64,000 bases of DNA, taken from contig CAMBEK010000002.1 in assembly GCA_945865565.1 (NCBI GenBank), forward strand, positions 7,901 through 71,900, read 5' to 3'. Source of the stretch: Pseudobacteriovorax antillogorgiicola (lineage in GTDB: Bacteria > Bdellovibrionota_B > Oligoflexia > Oligoflexales > RGVZ01). This document shows positions 49,650 to 60,460 of this stretch, piece after piece. The position numbers were made by a program, and so were the translations under genes. Under the pieces are notes generated by a model. The model was not told where the DNA came from and did no database searches. It saw only the letters and a program-made list of their open reading frames with translations. Position 1 is the first letter of the stretch, and every line of letters begins with the position of its first letter.

Positions 49650-50717
49650 TTAGAAGCTGCCGGTAACGCCAAGGCCAAGCTCGCCTTCGCTGCCAGTCTT
49701 CTCGGTCGTTGCTGGCATGAACTTGCCAGACGTCATGCGGTAAGCCACATACGGCGTCCAGTTGTCGCCAAAGTTCTTGAAGGAAGAACCAACGCTGATC
49801 TGGGTCGCGTTGTCATCCCAATCACCAGTGGTGTTGGTCTTGTTCTCGGTTCCGCCATTCACGTCCTTGTCGACGACGTTGAAGGAGTTGAACCATACGA
49901 ACGGTACCATCGATCCAACTTCATGCTCAGCGCGCAGCGTCATGTTGTTGGCAACAGCGGCCTTGTCAGACGTGCCAACTTTCTGGAACGCAGAGTGCGA
50001 ACCGTAGTCGAACGTGACAGCCGTAGCACCGAACTTGGCGCGAGCACCGACGTTAAAGAACGACGAGTGATTCGAATCATACTGGCCGTACTGGATCATT
50101 GGCTTGATCGAGCCAAACTCACCCGTGTACTCAAGGAGAGCAGCCGGCTGCTTGTGCGACGTATTGTACTGGGCTTCTTTAACATCAGTCGTAGCCGCAT
50201 CGTCCATCACGTCGTTAACGAGCTGAACGGTGACGTTGTGGGTCGAATTCGGGCTGTAATGAAAGCTCAGTGAGGTTTCGTTGCGGCCGAATGCGAGAGC
50301 CTGCTTGCGCTCGCCCCAGATGTTGGTAAAGCTGTTGTCCCAGTTGCTGTAGCCACCCTGACGAACGTAGTCACGACCGATGGTCACGCCGACCATTTCA
50401 GAAGCCTTCCAAGTAGCATTCGCCACATCGACGAGGCTATCAGTGGAGGTCGTGTCGAAGCGCAGGTTGAACGACGTTTTCTCGTTGAACTTGCCTTTGA
50501 AGCCGAACTTCACGTCGCTCAGACCGAGAACGGTCATGGCAGACGATTTGCCCCCTTCGTTAAGCGTTGCTAAGCCGTCGTCGTTACGGGTGAGTTCCGA
50601 GCGGAATTCACCGTAAACTTCAGCTTTTGCGCTGCTGTTGCCTTCAGCCATAGCAGAGGTCGCAACCGCGACACCAGCCACAGAAACCATAATGTTACGA
50701 ATGTTCTTATTAAGCAC
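49650..50717 (-). CDS. Outer-membrane porin (beta-barrel)
   Basis: Signal peptide ending AMA, alternating amphipathic beta pattern and C-terminal Phe (LGLGVTGSF); GGAGG RBS before GTG 50717. Confidence 0.8.
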   Translation of the reverse strand: MLNKNIRNIMVSVAGVAVATSAMAEGNSSAKAEVYGEFRSELTRNDDGLATLNEGGKSSAMTVLGLSDVKFGFKGKFNEKTSFNLRFDTTSTDSLVDVANATWKASEMVGVTIGRDYVRQGGYSNWDNSFTNIWGERKQALAFGRNETSLSFHYSPNSTHNVTVQLVNDVMDDAATTDVKEAQYNTSHKQPAALLEYTGEFGSIKPMIQYGQYDSNHSSFFNVGARAKFGATAVTFDYGSHSAFQKVGTSDKAAVANNMTLRAEHEVGSMVPFVWFNSFNVVDKDVNGGTENKTNTTGDWDDNATQISVGSSFKNFGDNWTPYVAYRMTSGKFMPATTEKTGSEGELGLGVTGSF

Positions 50718-50854
50718 AGTTGAACCCTCCAATAAAATTTAGGACCTATGCTTTATAAAAAAGTCTAAACTAAACTTCTTCAGATTCCAAGACTTACAGA
50801 TGAGTTTGTTTAGATTGTGTCAAATGTGACTCTTTTTTAATGCTGCTTAAAAAT

Positions 50855-52645
50855 TCATCTTTCGATCCGCTCAATCCTGAAAAGTCCTTTTTTGTTTACG
50901 ATGAGCCTGATGCTTTCGAAGGTCGAGCGTTCATCGGTTTTTGTCCGTCCGATTTGCGAGTACTTTAAAATTAGGTCCAAGTGATAGACCTTCGGCATTT
51001 TCATCTCGACCAGACGTCCCTCCGTGTCCAACATTTCCGTTCCATGCAAAGGATCATCCAACTTTGAAAGAAAGGCTTCGATGTTCAAGCGCAGAATATC
51101 GTGCACTGCTCGTAACGGATAGATGTGGCTGCGTAGTATATTCGCGTTAAGGTCGATGACCTTCCGGTAATGCACAGCATCGCCAGAGTCTTCCTCCGAC
51201 TCAAGGCCCTCGGGGTCAAATTGTTTGTGCAGCTCACGAATTTCGTCAGGCAATTTTGCTGGAGATATGAATCGCGTGTATTCGGAGATCGAACCGATGC
51301 TCCACTTCTGGCCGTCTGAATTCGAGTACTGGATCCGTTCACTGTTGTCCGGGATAGACCTCATCAGGCTGGATCGGAAGTAGCTACGGCCCAGTTCTTT
51401 GATCCGGTCTTTCAAGATGTAGGCGATAATCAGCGCCACGACGATGACCATGGTGCCACTGCCAAGAGAATTGAAAGGGCTTTGGGCCTGGTTGGCAGCC
51501 TTGTTCCTTATGAAGATTTCCATACTGACGGCCCAAAAGGCCGCAAGTCCAGCAGCAATCATGGCACCAAGTTGCTGCTGAAAGGCAAACAGGGGGCGTG
51601 TCCGGACGTCCAAGTAAAGCACCTGCCAAACGCGTCTTTTCAGGACCCCTCGACGAAAAACGTAGCGTTCAACGGTGAGGTCATCACTGGCACGGGTGAT
51701 CCAACCGTAAGATTTTTTGACGCTATACCAGTGGTCAAATCTCGCGAGTGCTCCCAGTTTTCGTTGCAGACCGTCGAGTTGGGAAATATCCCCGTTGCGT
51801 TGGAGATTGCTCAGGGTCTTTGATAGTTTGGTCAGGCCATCGCGGATTCGATAGGTGCAGTATTCGTCGACCACCTTGAGTTCACGATGAACGCGGTTTG
51901 TACCGTCGTGGTCGACCCGGGCGGCATGCTCGATCAACCGGTGCCATGTACGCATAATAGTGTGGATCCGATCCAGAAACTGCGCAGAGTCCAAACAAGC
52001 TTGCTCTAACGCTTCCAGATTTGAGTCCGACGGTTCACGGCTGAATTTCTTCACGGCCTTGCGCAGCTGCTTGGACCGTCGCTCAACTCGACGGAGATAA
52101 TATCCAGCCAGTGCACAAGCGAAAATTCGCGCTTCATCGATTACTTCGCGTTCGGGAAAGGATGTCTTTCCGTCGCCAGTCTCCTGCAAGTAGGTCGCAA
52201 TCACAGTTATCGGTGAACGTGAGCCGTACGAGTCTTCTCCGACCAATTGTTCGTAGGTCAGCCGGGGTTCTCGCAGGCGGATCAGTGGACGCAGGTCACT
52301 GTAGAACCGCTCTTTTGGATACGAGGCTGGGGTGATGCCCATCTGGCGTGGAAAAAAGATATAGGCCTCGACCTGGTAGCGCAGGTTCTGGCGTGCAAAT
52401 TGCCTCAGCGGCAATAGTGGATAATCAAATACGGTCTCCAACTGGGTGCGATCGTGTACCGCAACCGATGACTTGATGAAGCTGCTACCGTAAAAATTTG
52501 AGTCTTTTGCTGGACGTTCTTCCGGCGGGAGAGCCACGTCTGCATGATGCAGGCTCAATTGGTCTTCATTACGAAAATTATTGGCTGCCTTGAGTTTGCT
52601 AAAGCCCATCCTGTTCCCAGCCCTTTGAGCCGTTCGCTTCGACAT
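50855..52645 (-). CDS. Large hypothetical protein with two TM segments
   Basis: 596-aa ORF overlapping the ruvB end; no recognised domain. Confidence 0.7.
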   Translation of the reverse strand: MSKRTAQRAGNRMGFSKLKAANNFRNEDQLSLHHADVALPPEERPAKDSNFYGSSFIKSSVAVHDRTQLETVFDYPLLPLRQFARQNLRYQVEAYIFFPRQMGITPASYPKERFYSDLRPLIRLREPRLTYEQLVGEDSYGSRSPITVIATYLQETGDGKTSFPEREVIDEARIFACALAGYYLRRVERRSKQLRKAVKKFSREPSDSNLEALEQACLDSAQFLDRIHTIMRTWHRLIEHAARVDHDGTNRVHRELKVVDEYCTYRIRDGLTKLSKTLSNLQRNGDISQLDGLQRKLGALARFDHWYSVKKSYGWITRASDDLTVERYVFRRGVLKRRVWQVLYLDVRTRPLFAFQQQLGAMIAAGLAAFWAVSMEIFIRNKAANQAQSPFNSLGSGTMVIVVALIIAYILKDRIKELGRSYFRSSLMRSIPDNSERIQYSNSDGQKWSIGSISEYTRFISPAKLPDEIRELHKQFDPEGLESEEDSGDAVHYRKVIDLNANILRSHIYPLRAVHDILRLNIEAFLSKLDDPLHGTEMLDTEGRLVEMKMPKVYHLDLILKYSQIGRTKTDERSTFESIRLIVNKKGLFRIERIER

Positions 52646-53666
52646 GCTTACGGCCAGTATCGGTCAAGTATCGACCTCGGGGGCCACGGGCGAGGTATCC
52701 ACGGTGAACCAAATATGGCTCGTAAACCTCTTCCAGCGTACACCGGTCTTCATTCAATGTTGCAGCCAAGGTTTCAATTCCAACCGGCCCACCATCATAT
52801 TGATGATACACGGTTTTAAGGATCATGCGGTCGATGCGGTCCAATCCATGAGGATCCATCCCCTGGCGTTGCAGGGCGTCGCCTGCAAGTTTGCTCGTCA
52901 CCACCCCAGAGCCGTGTACCTCGGCGAAATCCCATACTCGCCTCAGTAAACGATTGGCAAGGCGAGGAGTTCCCCGTGAACGGTCGGCAATCTCCCGGGC
53001 TCCGGCTTCTTCGATTTTGATGCCGAGGATTCGGGCGCTGCGTAGCAGGATCTGGCACAGAGCCGCTTCCGTGTAAAACTCAAGGCGTTCTTGAATTCCA
53101 AAACGCCCCAGCAACGGTCGCGACAGCAACGACACACGAGTGGTCGCTCCGGCCAGCGTGAACGGTGCAACATCCATGCGCACGCTGCGTGCGGACGGTC
53201 CTTGTCCAATCATCATGTCGATCGCAAAATCTTCCATGGCTGAATAAAGGATTTCTTCGACTTTGATCGAAAGGCGATGAATTTCATCGATGAAGAGCAA
53301 GGTCCCAGGTTGAAGGCTACTAAGTATTCCGGCGAGATCACCCGGCTTGTCGATGGCAGGCCCGCTGGTGCTGACAAAAGGAACGCCAAGTTCGTTGGCG
53401 ACAATTTGCGTCAGAGTCGTCTTTCCCAGGCCCGGTGGGCCATGGAGGAGGATGTGGTCGAGGGGTTCCCCGCGGCGTTTGGCAGCCGTCACATAGATAT
53501 TCAGGTTCTGCTTTACGGAATCTTGGCCGGGGTAGTCGGAAAAGGTTTGAGGGCGAATGCCGGGGGTCTGAGTTTCAATGCGCTCGTCGTCATCGTGTTT
53601 TTTAGTGGTGGCCAAACGTTCAATCAGGACATTTGCCGCTGGTTCTCGCGATGACAGGTCACCCAT
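52599..53666 (-). CDS. ruvB: Holliday junction branch migration helicase RuvB
   Basis: LHGPPGLGKTTL, LFIDEIHRL, GATTR, RGTPRLANRLLRRV and RGPRGR. Confidence 0.97.
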   Translation of the reverse strand: MGDLSSREPAANVLIERLATTKKHDDDERIETQTPGIRPQTFSDYPGQDSVKQNLNIYVTAAKRRGEPLDHILLHGPPGLGKTTLTQIVANELGVPFVSTSGPAIDKPGDLAGILSSLQPGTLLFIDEIHRLSIKVEEILYSAMEDFAIDMMIGQGPSARSVRMDVAPFTLAGATTRVSLLSRPLLGRFGIQERLEFYTEAALCQILLRSARILGIKIEEAGAREIADRSRGTPRLANRLLRRVWDFAEVHGSGVVTSKLAGDALQRQGMDPHGLDRIDRMILKTVYHQYDGGPVGIETLAATLNEDRCTLEEVYEPYLVHRGYLARGPRGRYLTDTGRKHVEANGSKGWEQDGL

Positions 53667-53670
53667 GATT

Positions 53671-54366
53671 TTACCATCCCCTTAATTCGGCCAGCGCTCC
53701 ACGAATGAGGTCGGTCAGGCCGTCTTTGTTGGCCAATCCCATCGCCCCATCCTGATCTTTCCAGATCTTGCTTAATACCTGAGCTACATCTTTATCCTTG
53801 AACCCGAGGTTTTCAAGGGCTGACTGGGCATCCGACAACAATTGCGTCCCAAGGTCCATTGAGGCCCCGGATGAGCCAAAAAGATCCCCGGGGGCTGCCG
53901 AACGCGGACCGGCTGCGGCCCCACTGCGTGCCGCTGCAAGAGCCGCAGGGCGTGATTTAATGTATTTTTCAATTTTGGGTTTGAGCTCCAAGGCGAGCCG
54001 TTCTGCGAGTCGTTTTCCGACGCCAGGGACCGATTCCAGGAGTTCCTTGTGGCCGTCGAGGACTGCCGAGAAAATTTGTGCGGGTTGCAAGGCGCCAAGA
54101 ATCGCGAGCCCGATTTTTGGACCAACACCGGAAACAGCACAAACTATATTGAACAGTTCTTTTTCCTCAATGCTGGCGAATCCAAAAAGTTTAATGGCAT
54201 CTTCGCGGACGTGGGTTTCAATCCAGGCCGTGACCGTTTGACCAGGGCCACCAATGGCGCAAATGGAGGATAAGGGCATATCGACCCCATAACCAACCCC
54301 GTTGACGTCAATCACAATGCGTGAGGCATCCTTCTGGATGACGGTGCCAGTCAAGCGGTCAATCAT
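53671..54366 (-). CDS. ruvA: Holliday junction branch migration protein RuvA
   Basis: VIDVNGVGY, THVRED, VSGVGPK, VPGVGKRLAERL and SALENLGF. Confidence 0.96.
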   Translation of the reverse strand: MIDRLTGTVIQKDASRIVIDVNGVGYGVDMPLSSICAIGGPGQTVTAWIETHVREDAIKLFGFASIEEKELFNIVCAVSGVGPKIGLAILGALQPAQIFSAVLDGHKELLESVPGVGKRLAERLALELKPKIEKYIKSRPAALAAARSGAAAGPRSAAPGDLFGSSGASMDLGTQLLSDAQSALENLGFKDKDVAQVLSKIWKDQDGAMGLANKDGLTDLIRGALAELRGW

Positions 54367-54992
54367 TGATCGTCCCCTTCTTTGAGAGGTGCTTCCACCC
54401 TCGTATTCAAACGGATTTTGAATTCCTGCAAGTCCTTCATCAGGTGAAGAACCACTTGAGCATTTTCCTGCTGCTCCGGTTCACTGCCAAAGCGATTGTG
54501 CAATTCATTTACATTTTTGATCAGCGTATCGACGACTTCCATATCATCCTTCGTCATTCGCGAAAGAGAGGCAGTCATATCGTTGAAGTGCCGAACCACA
54601 TATTTCAAGTCATCGGTACTGCGGACGGCGAGGTGTGCGTTGAAGTCCCCGCGGCCGGTTGTGCGCATAGCCCGAATTAACGCATAAAGAGGTCCGGCGA
54701 TGCGGTTGGTCATGATGAGGCCAAGGATGAATACGCTGAAGATATTCATCACCAGCGCCAATCCCATCACAAGCAGGATTGGCCAAGGCAGAAACCGGGG
54801 AATGACCAGAATTTTAAAGACATAAAGGGGGAGCAGGATAAAAAAAGTCGTCAAAGCCGTTGTCATAGTTCCGACAAGCACTGCGGCTCCGGTGTAACGC
54901 AGCTGCAGATCCCGGTTGACCACGATCAATCTCGTGGCCCGCGCGGTCGGGCGGATATTTGAAATAGGCCTTGTATCGCCTGTGGCTGGCAT
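54363..54992 (-). CDS. Small membrane protein with HAMP domain
   Basis: Two TM segments, then NRIAGPLY...GDF...RSTDDL HAMP pattern. Confidence 0.7.
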   Translation of the reverse strand: MPATGDTRPISNIRPTARATRLIVVNRDLQLRYTGAAVLVGTMTTALTTFFILLPLYVFKILVIPRFLPWPILLVMGLALVMNIFSVFILGLIMTNRIAGPLYALIRAMRTTGRGDFNAHLAVRSTDDLKYVVRHFNDMTASLSRMTKDDMEVVDTLIKNVNELHNRFGSEPEQQENAQVVLHLMKDLQEFKIRLNTRVEAPLKEGDDQ

Positions 54993-55054
54993 GACGCGCT
55001 CCTTGCGTGCTGACGTGGCAACTGGCTTGACGGACTAGAGACGTTGCACTCCAA

Positions 55055-56209
55055 TTAGGAACGCAACGCATCCACCTTGTCCGTTTTTTCCCATGGAAAT
55101 TCACTGCGACCAAAGTGGCCGTAGGAAGCCGTCGGCAGATAAATCGGGCGTAGCAAGTCGAAATGATCCGTGATGGCGCGTGGGCGCAACGGGAACACCT
55201 TGCGAACGAGATCCGCCAGATCTTTGCCGGAATACTTGGAGGTGCCATAGGTATCAATAAAAACACTGACTGGATCGGCAACGCCAATCGCGTAGGCGAC
55301 CTGAACCAAACATTTTTTTGCCAAGCCTGCCGCAACGAGGTTCTTTGCGATATAGCGCGAAGCATAGGCGGCCGAGCGGTCGACTTTGCTTGGGTCTTTG
55401 CCCGAGAATGCGCCGCCGCCGTGTGCACCGTGGCCGCCGTAAGTATCCACAATGATTTTGCGTCCGGTCAGGCCACAGTCACCCTGTGGGCCACCGACAA
55501 TAAAACGACCGGTTGGATTGATGTGGTACGTGGTGTCTTGGAGGAGCTCCTTCGGGATGACCTTCTTTACCACCGACTCGATTACGTATTCTTTTAGTTG
55601 GTCGTGGGAGACATCAGGCGAATGCTGCGTGGAGACGACAACAGTGTCAACGCGATGAAGTTTTCCGGCGCGGTATTCAACCGTGACCTGACTTTTGGCA
55701 TCTGGACGGAGGAACTTGACGTCCAGGGTACGGCGTAGATGTGAAAGTTTTTTGAGAAGCTGATGCGAGTAGCTAATCGTTGCGGGCATCAGTTCCGGCG
55801 TTTCGTCGCAGGCAAATCCGAACATCATGCCCTGGTCGCCAGCGCCCTGTTCGTGGTGCAGTCCTTGGCCTTCGCTGACGCCGATGCTGATGTCTTCCGA
55901 TTGTTGGCCAACGGCCATGATGACACCACAGCTTTTGGCATCAAATCCCAATTCGCCATCGGTATAACCAATGTCGGCAATGACTTTGCGAGCAATGGCA
56001 TCGTAATCGACCCGTGCGTTGGTGGTAACTTCGCCCGCAACCACAACCAGTCCAGTTTTAACAAGAGTTTCGCAAGCAACGCGCGCGCGTTTGTCTTGAG
56101 CGAGAATTGCGTCAAGAACGGCATCACTTATTTGATCGGCAACTTTATCAGGGTGGCCTTCGCTGACAGATTCAGAAGTAAACAGATAGTCTTGTGGAGA
56201 ATGGCTCAT
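55055..56209 (-). CDS. metK: S-adenosylmethionine synthetase
   Basis: [33 protein letters not shown] and [15 protein letters not shown]. Confidence 0.98.
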   Translation of the reverse strand: MSHSPQDYLFTSESVSEGHPDKVADQISDAVLDAILAQDKRARVACETLVKTGLVVVAGEVTTNARVDYDAIARKVIADIGYTDGELGFDAKSCGVIMAVGQQSEDISIGVSEGQGLHHEQGAGDQGMMFGFACDETPELMPATISYSHQLLKKLSHLRRTLDVKFLRPDAKSQVTVEYRAGKLHRVDTVVVSTQHSPDVSHDQLKEYVIESVVKKVIPKELLQDTTYHINPTGRFIVGGPQGDCGLTGRKIIVDTYGGHGAHGGGAFSGKDPSKVDRSAAYASRYIAKNLVAAGLAKKCLVQVAYAIGVADPVSVFIDTYGTSKYSGKDLADLVRKVFPLRPRAITDHFDLLRPIYLPTASYGHFGRSEFPWEKTDKVDALRS

Positions 56210-57207
56210 GAAAGTCCTCTTTTCATAGTAATCAGGAATCTTCCGCCCTCGATCATTTTAGATTCGCCCAGCCCGAACGCTTGACCCCGGTCGTCCAGCA
56301 ACATCACTTGCAATGGATTTTCATTGCCTGGAGTTCCTTTGGAGAATCCGCTTTTCATATTTGCCAGCCAGGAATCAGCATTGACCGAAACCGTCTGACC
56401 TTTTTGCAAGCGTGACAAGCAATCAAGATGCATAGCCTGCCAAACAGGTAGGCCAAGTGCAAGTTGTTCCGGGGGCTGGATCATTTTCGCAAAGTTTTCA
56501 GGGCTTTCAGCAAGCGCCTTTTCCATGTCATCGAGGGTCACGCACGTCGCCAGGGTCGCGCCAGAGGCTTCCGTTCTGACTAGCCTGTTCAGTGTTGCTA
56601 TGGTGCCGGCCGCATATGCCATGTCCCGAATCAGTGATCGAATGTAAGTTCCTTTGGAGCAGCGTGCCCGAAGGGTTGCGATTCCTGAATCAAAGTTAAG
56701 GAGTTCAAGGGACTGGATCACAACAGAGCGTTCCAGTTCGGCAATGGGTACCTGGTCGCCCTGATTTTTGCGGGCGTACTCGTAGAGTGGCTTTCCCTTG
56801 TATTTTACGGCTGAAAATACCGGCGGAACCTGCTTGATCGGGCCACGAAAGCGGTCAAGGACGCCTTCGATGTCGGCACGAGTGATACCAGAAGCATCGG
56901 TTTCGGCAGTGATGGTTCCATCGGTGTCATAGGTGTCAGTTTCGACCCCGAGTTTCATGTCAAATTCGTAGGTTTTTGGCATTTCCAGCAAGTGGTCTTG
57001 AAGGCGCGTCGCACTTCCAAACAGCAGGCACAGGACGCCTTCTGCCATTGGGTCCAGTGTTCCAACATGTCCGAGCTTTTGGCGTCCGATTCGCTTTTCG
57101 ATCCAGCGCGAGAGGTCTTTTGAAATCATGCCCTTGGGCTTATGGGCCGCAAGCATTCCCCGGAGAGGCCGCTCAAATCGGATAGATTTTTTCTGATTTT
57201 GTTCCAA
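56206..57207 (-). CDS. truB: tRNA pseudouridine(55) synthase
   Basis: [36 protein letters not shown] and [10 protein letters not shown]. Confidence 0.95.
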   Translation of the reverse strand: MEQNQKKSIRFERPLRGMLAAHKPKGMISKDLSRWIEKRIGRQKLGHVGTLDPMAEGVLCLLFGSATRLQDHLLEMPKTYEFDMKLGVETDTYDTDGTITAETDASGITRADIEGVLDRFRGPIKQVPPVFSAVKYKGKPLYEYARKNQGDQVPIAELERSVVIQSLELLNFDSGIATLRARCSKGTYIRSLIRDMAYAAGTIATLNRLVRTEASGATLATCVTLDDMEKALAESPENFAKMIQPPEQLALGLPVWQAMHLDCLSRLQKGQTVSVNADSWLANMKSGFSKGTPGNENPLQVMLLDDRGQAFGLGESKMIEGGRFLITMKRGLS

Positions 57208-57221
57208 AGATCTGCGCCTGC

Positions 57222-57554
57222 TTAAATCTTGTTCAACAGATCTTCGATGCGGGCACCGTGCTCGATGCTTTCGTCATAAAAGAATTTGAGTACGGGAACG
57301 CGGCGGACGTCCAGTGCTTCGGCAAGTCGCGCACGGAAAAAGCCCGCGGCGCGATCAAGGCCACGCTTTGCCGTGTCGATGTCTTCGCCCGGCATGGTTC
57401 GAAAGTACACCGTGGCATATTGAAGGTCAGGACTAATTTTGACGGCAGTGATGGTGACATGCTGTAGTCGGGGATCTTGCATCTGGCCCCCTGCGAAGCA
57501 GGAGGCCACGATGTCACGAATCTCATCAGCCATGCGGTCTTGGCGTATGCTCAT
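57222..57554 (-). CDS. rbfA: Ribosome-binding factor A
   Basis: DPRL...TITAVKISPDLQYATVY...RRVPVLKFFYDESIE. Confidence 0.95.
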   Translation of the reverse strand: MSIRQDRMADEIRDIVASCFAGGQMQDPRLQHVTITAVKISPDLQYATVYFRTMPGEDIDTAKRGLDRAAGFFRARLAEALDVRRVPVLKFFYDESIEHGARIEDLLNKI

Positions 57555-57560
57555 AAATCC

Positions 57561-60458
57561 TCAGAGTGTCGCGGCGGTTTCTTCAAGAATGTAGGCTTCG
57601 ATCACATCGCCCTCGCGCAGATCCTGATAACCTTGAATTCCGATGCCGCATTCGTAGCCGTTGGCGACTTCACGGACGTCGTCCTTAAATCTGCGCAGCG
57701 AGCCAAGCTTGCCCGTGTAAATGACGATGTCGTTGCGAACAAGGCGTACATTGGCATTTCTGGTGATTTTTCCATCAGTAACCGCAGAGCCGCCAACGAC
57801 GCCGATTTTTGGCACATTGATCAGCTGGCGAACCTGAGCGTGTCCGATGACAACTTCACTGACCACTGGTGGCAACTTGCCGGCCATGATCGCCTTAACG
57901 GCGTCAACAAGCTCATAAATAATGCTGAAGTACTTGATCGGGATGCCTGCCTTGTCCGCGCCTTCTTGAAGTCCGCGCCCAGCACGAACATTGAATCCGA
58001 GGATGATCGCCTTTGATGCCGACGCCAAGGTGATATCGGATTCGGTAATTCCACCAGCAGCCTTGTGGATGATGCGGTTCTCGACCCTTGGGGTGCTGAG
58101 TTTCAATACGGCTTCGGATACAGCCTCGACAGACCCTTGGGTGTCGCCCTTGATGATTAAAGGTACTTCATACTTGTCGGCGGATTGAATCTTGCCAAGA
58201 AGATCCTCAATGCTTGCGGCACTTGATTTCACGCTGGAAGATTTACGGGCCTGATCCTGGCGGAATGCCATGATTTCTCGCGCCTGGCGATCATCGATAA
58301 CAGAATCGACCTGATCGCCGGCTTCAGGAACACCATCAAGTCCGATGACCTGGACCGGGGTGGCTGGTCCGGCTTCCTTGACCAGAGCGCCACGATGATC
58401 TGCCATCGCGCGGACCCGGCCTGAACGCATACCTGCAACAATAAAGTCACCGGTTTTCAGGAGGCCTTCGCGAACCATGACCGTTGCAACTGGGCCGCGT
58501 CCTTTATCGAGGTGTGCTTCTACCACCGTTCCGGTGGCGATACCTGTCGCCCGGGCCTTGAGGTCCAAGACTTCAGCTTGCAGCAGAATGGCTTCGAGTA
58601 ATTCGTCGAGACCGACTTTCTGTAGGGCAGAAACCTTAACAAACTGATTTTCTCCGCCCCACTCTTCGGACTGGATGCCGTGCTCGGCAAGTTCCGAATT
58701 GATGCGATCGAAATTCCTGTTTGGCTTATCAATTTTATTGATGGCAACAATGACAGGAACATTGGCAGCGCGTGCGTGATTCACAGCCTCAATCGTCTGA
58801 GGCATGACGCCGTCGTCTGCAGCAACGACCAAGATTACAATGTCTGTCAAACTCGCACCCCTGGCACGCATGGACGAGAATGCTTCGTGACCGGGCGTGT
58901 CCAGGAAAGTGATCTTTTTGCCGTTCTTTTCGATTTGGTAGGCACCGATGTGCTGGGTGATGCCACCGGCTTCGCCGCTCGCAACCTTTGATTCCCGGAT
59001 TGCGTCCAAGATGCTGGTCTTGCCGTGGTCAACGTGACCCATGATGGTCACAATTGGTGCCCGGTGTATCAACTCCACCGACTCATCACGGCTACGGGCC
59101 AGGATGTCGCCGATGGTTGGGATTTTAACCTTCACTTCGAAGCCATAATCAGCTGCCAAAAGGGATGCGGTATCGCTGTCCACGTCGGCATTGATGGTCA
59201 TCATCGTGCCCTGAGCCATCAGCTTCTTGATCAGGTCACCGGCCTTGATGCTCATCTGCTTGGCCAAGTCGCCCAGCTGAATGGATTCACTCATTTCAAC
59301 CACGCGGTAGGCTGCCCGCGGCGTGGTCATCTGAGTGCGTTTCAGGTCTTTGCGGCGTCTTGCGTCGCGGCGGCTTCTAGGGCCACCGGGCGTAAACACG
59401 CGTGGCTGCACTTCGCCGACCGATGGTGCGGCAACTGGATCCATGTCAGTATCGGGTTCTTCAGCCTGATTCAAAAGAGCGCGAACATTGAGGGATGCGT
59501 TCGCGCGGCGATTTTTTGCCGCCTTGATACGGGCAATTTCTTCTTCTTCTTCGGCACGGCGATCGCGAACTTCGCCTACTGGACGACGGCGGACTCCAAA
59601 GGCATCCACATCCGGCGTGGTGCCTGCTGCGCTAGGGGCAGCTGCTGCGCCTGGGGCTCTCGGTACAGAAGGGGTTCTGGGGGCAGTGCCAGGTGCGGTA
59701 GCTGCCGCTGCGGCCTGCTGCTGCTGAGCCCGATCGTGCAAGAGGCCCATGCCAGTGACGCGGGTTCCACGGCTGTCTTCGCGACGCATCGTCCGTGTCC
59801 GGGTGGATGCCGCCTGCTGTTCCCGTGCAGCGCTTGCTGCGGCGACCTCTTCCGGGCTTGCGCGTCGAATGATGGTAGCGCTTGCAGCCACTGCGATCGA
59901 GCGCCGACGCTGGTCGACTGGTGATTCAGGTGGCGGAGCCTCCGGTGTTGATTGTGGTAGGGCTTCGCCTTCGGGCTCGACCTCCGCAATCATCTCGGGG
60001 ACTGATGCAGGTTCTTCGTCGACAGGTGCGCTGGCTGCGATTTCGGTCACTGTTTCTTCTGCCGGGGGCGGAATTTTGATGACGGGCTGGGGCGCTTCTA
60101 CCGGTTCGTCTGCTTTTGCTTCTATGATTTCTTTTTCGGCGAGGATTGGCGCCGTTTGTTCTTCCTGATCAGTCGCCTCGGGTGCTTCGGCGGTTGCCGC
60201 TTCAACTAAGGTTTCTGGGGCTGCTTCTGCCTTGCGCCGACGAATCACTACAGGGCGTGCTCCGCTCGAAGCAACTGGGGCTGCGACTTTGCTTTCCTCG
60301 CCCCGAAGCACTGCACGGAGACGCTCGGCTTCTTCGCCAGAAAGCGTGCTCTGGTGGCTTGCGACTTCGATACCCATGGATTTGAGCTTGGTCACTGCCA
60401 CCTTGTTGTCGATGCTGAGCTCTTTAGCGAGCTCATAGACTCTAATTTTTACACTCAT
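57561..60458 (-). CDS. infB: Translation initiation factor IF-2
   Basis: [10 protein letters not shown]-terminus; [27 protein letters not shown] and NKID. Confidence 0.98.
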   Translation of the reverse strand: MSVKIRVYELAKELSIDNKVAVTKLKSMGIEVASHQSTLSGEEAERLRAVLRGEESKVAAPVASSGARPVVIRRRKAEAAPETLVEAATAEAPEATDQEEQTAPILAEKEIIEAKADEPVEAPQPVIKIPPPAEETVTEIAASAPVDEEPASVPEMIAEVEPEGEALPQSTPEAPPPESPVDQRRRSIAVAASATIIRRASPEEVAAASAAREQQAASTRTRTMRREDSRGTRVTGMGLLHDRAQQQQAAAAATAPGTAPRTPSVPRAPGAAAAPSAAGTTPDVDAFGVRRRPVGEVRDRRAEEEEEIARIKAAKNRRANASLNVRALLNQAEEPDTDMDPVAAPSVGEVQPRVFTPGGPRSRRDARRRKDLKRTQMTTPRAAYRVVEMSESIQLGDLAKQMSIKAGDLIKKLMAQGTMMTINADVDSDTASLLAADYGFEVKVKIPTIGDILARSRDESVELIHRAPIVTIMGHVDHGKTSILDAIRESKVASGEAGGITQHIGAYQIEKNGKKITFLDTPGHEAFSSMRARGASLTDIVILVVAADDGVMPQTIEAVNHARAANVPVIVAINKIDKPNRNFDRINSELAEHGIQSEEWGGENQFVKVSALQKVGLDELLEAILLQAEVLDLKARATGIATGTVVEAHLDKGRGPVATVMVREGLLKTGDFIVAGMRSGRVRAMADHRGALVKEAGPATPVQVIGLDGVPEAGDQVDSVIDDRQAREIMAFRQDQARKSSSVKSSAASIEDLLGKIQSADKYEVPLIIKGDTQGSVEAVSEAVLKLSTPRVENRIIHKAAGGITESDITLASASKAIILGFNVRAGRGLQEGADKAGIPIKYFSIIYELVDAVKAIMAGKLPPVVSEVVIGHAQVRQLINVPKIGVVGGSAVTDGKITRNANVRLVRNDIVIYTGKLGSLRRFKDDVREVANGYECGIGIQGYQDLREGDVIEAYILEETAATL

Positions 60459-60460
60459 TT

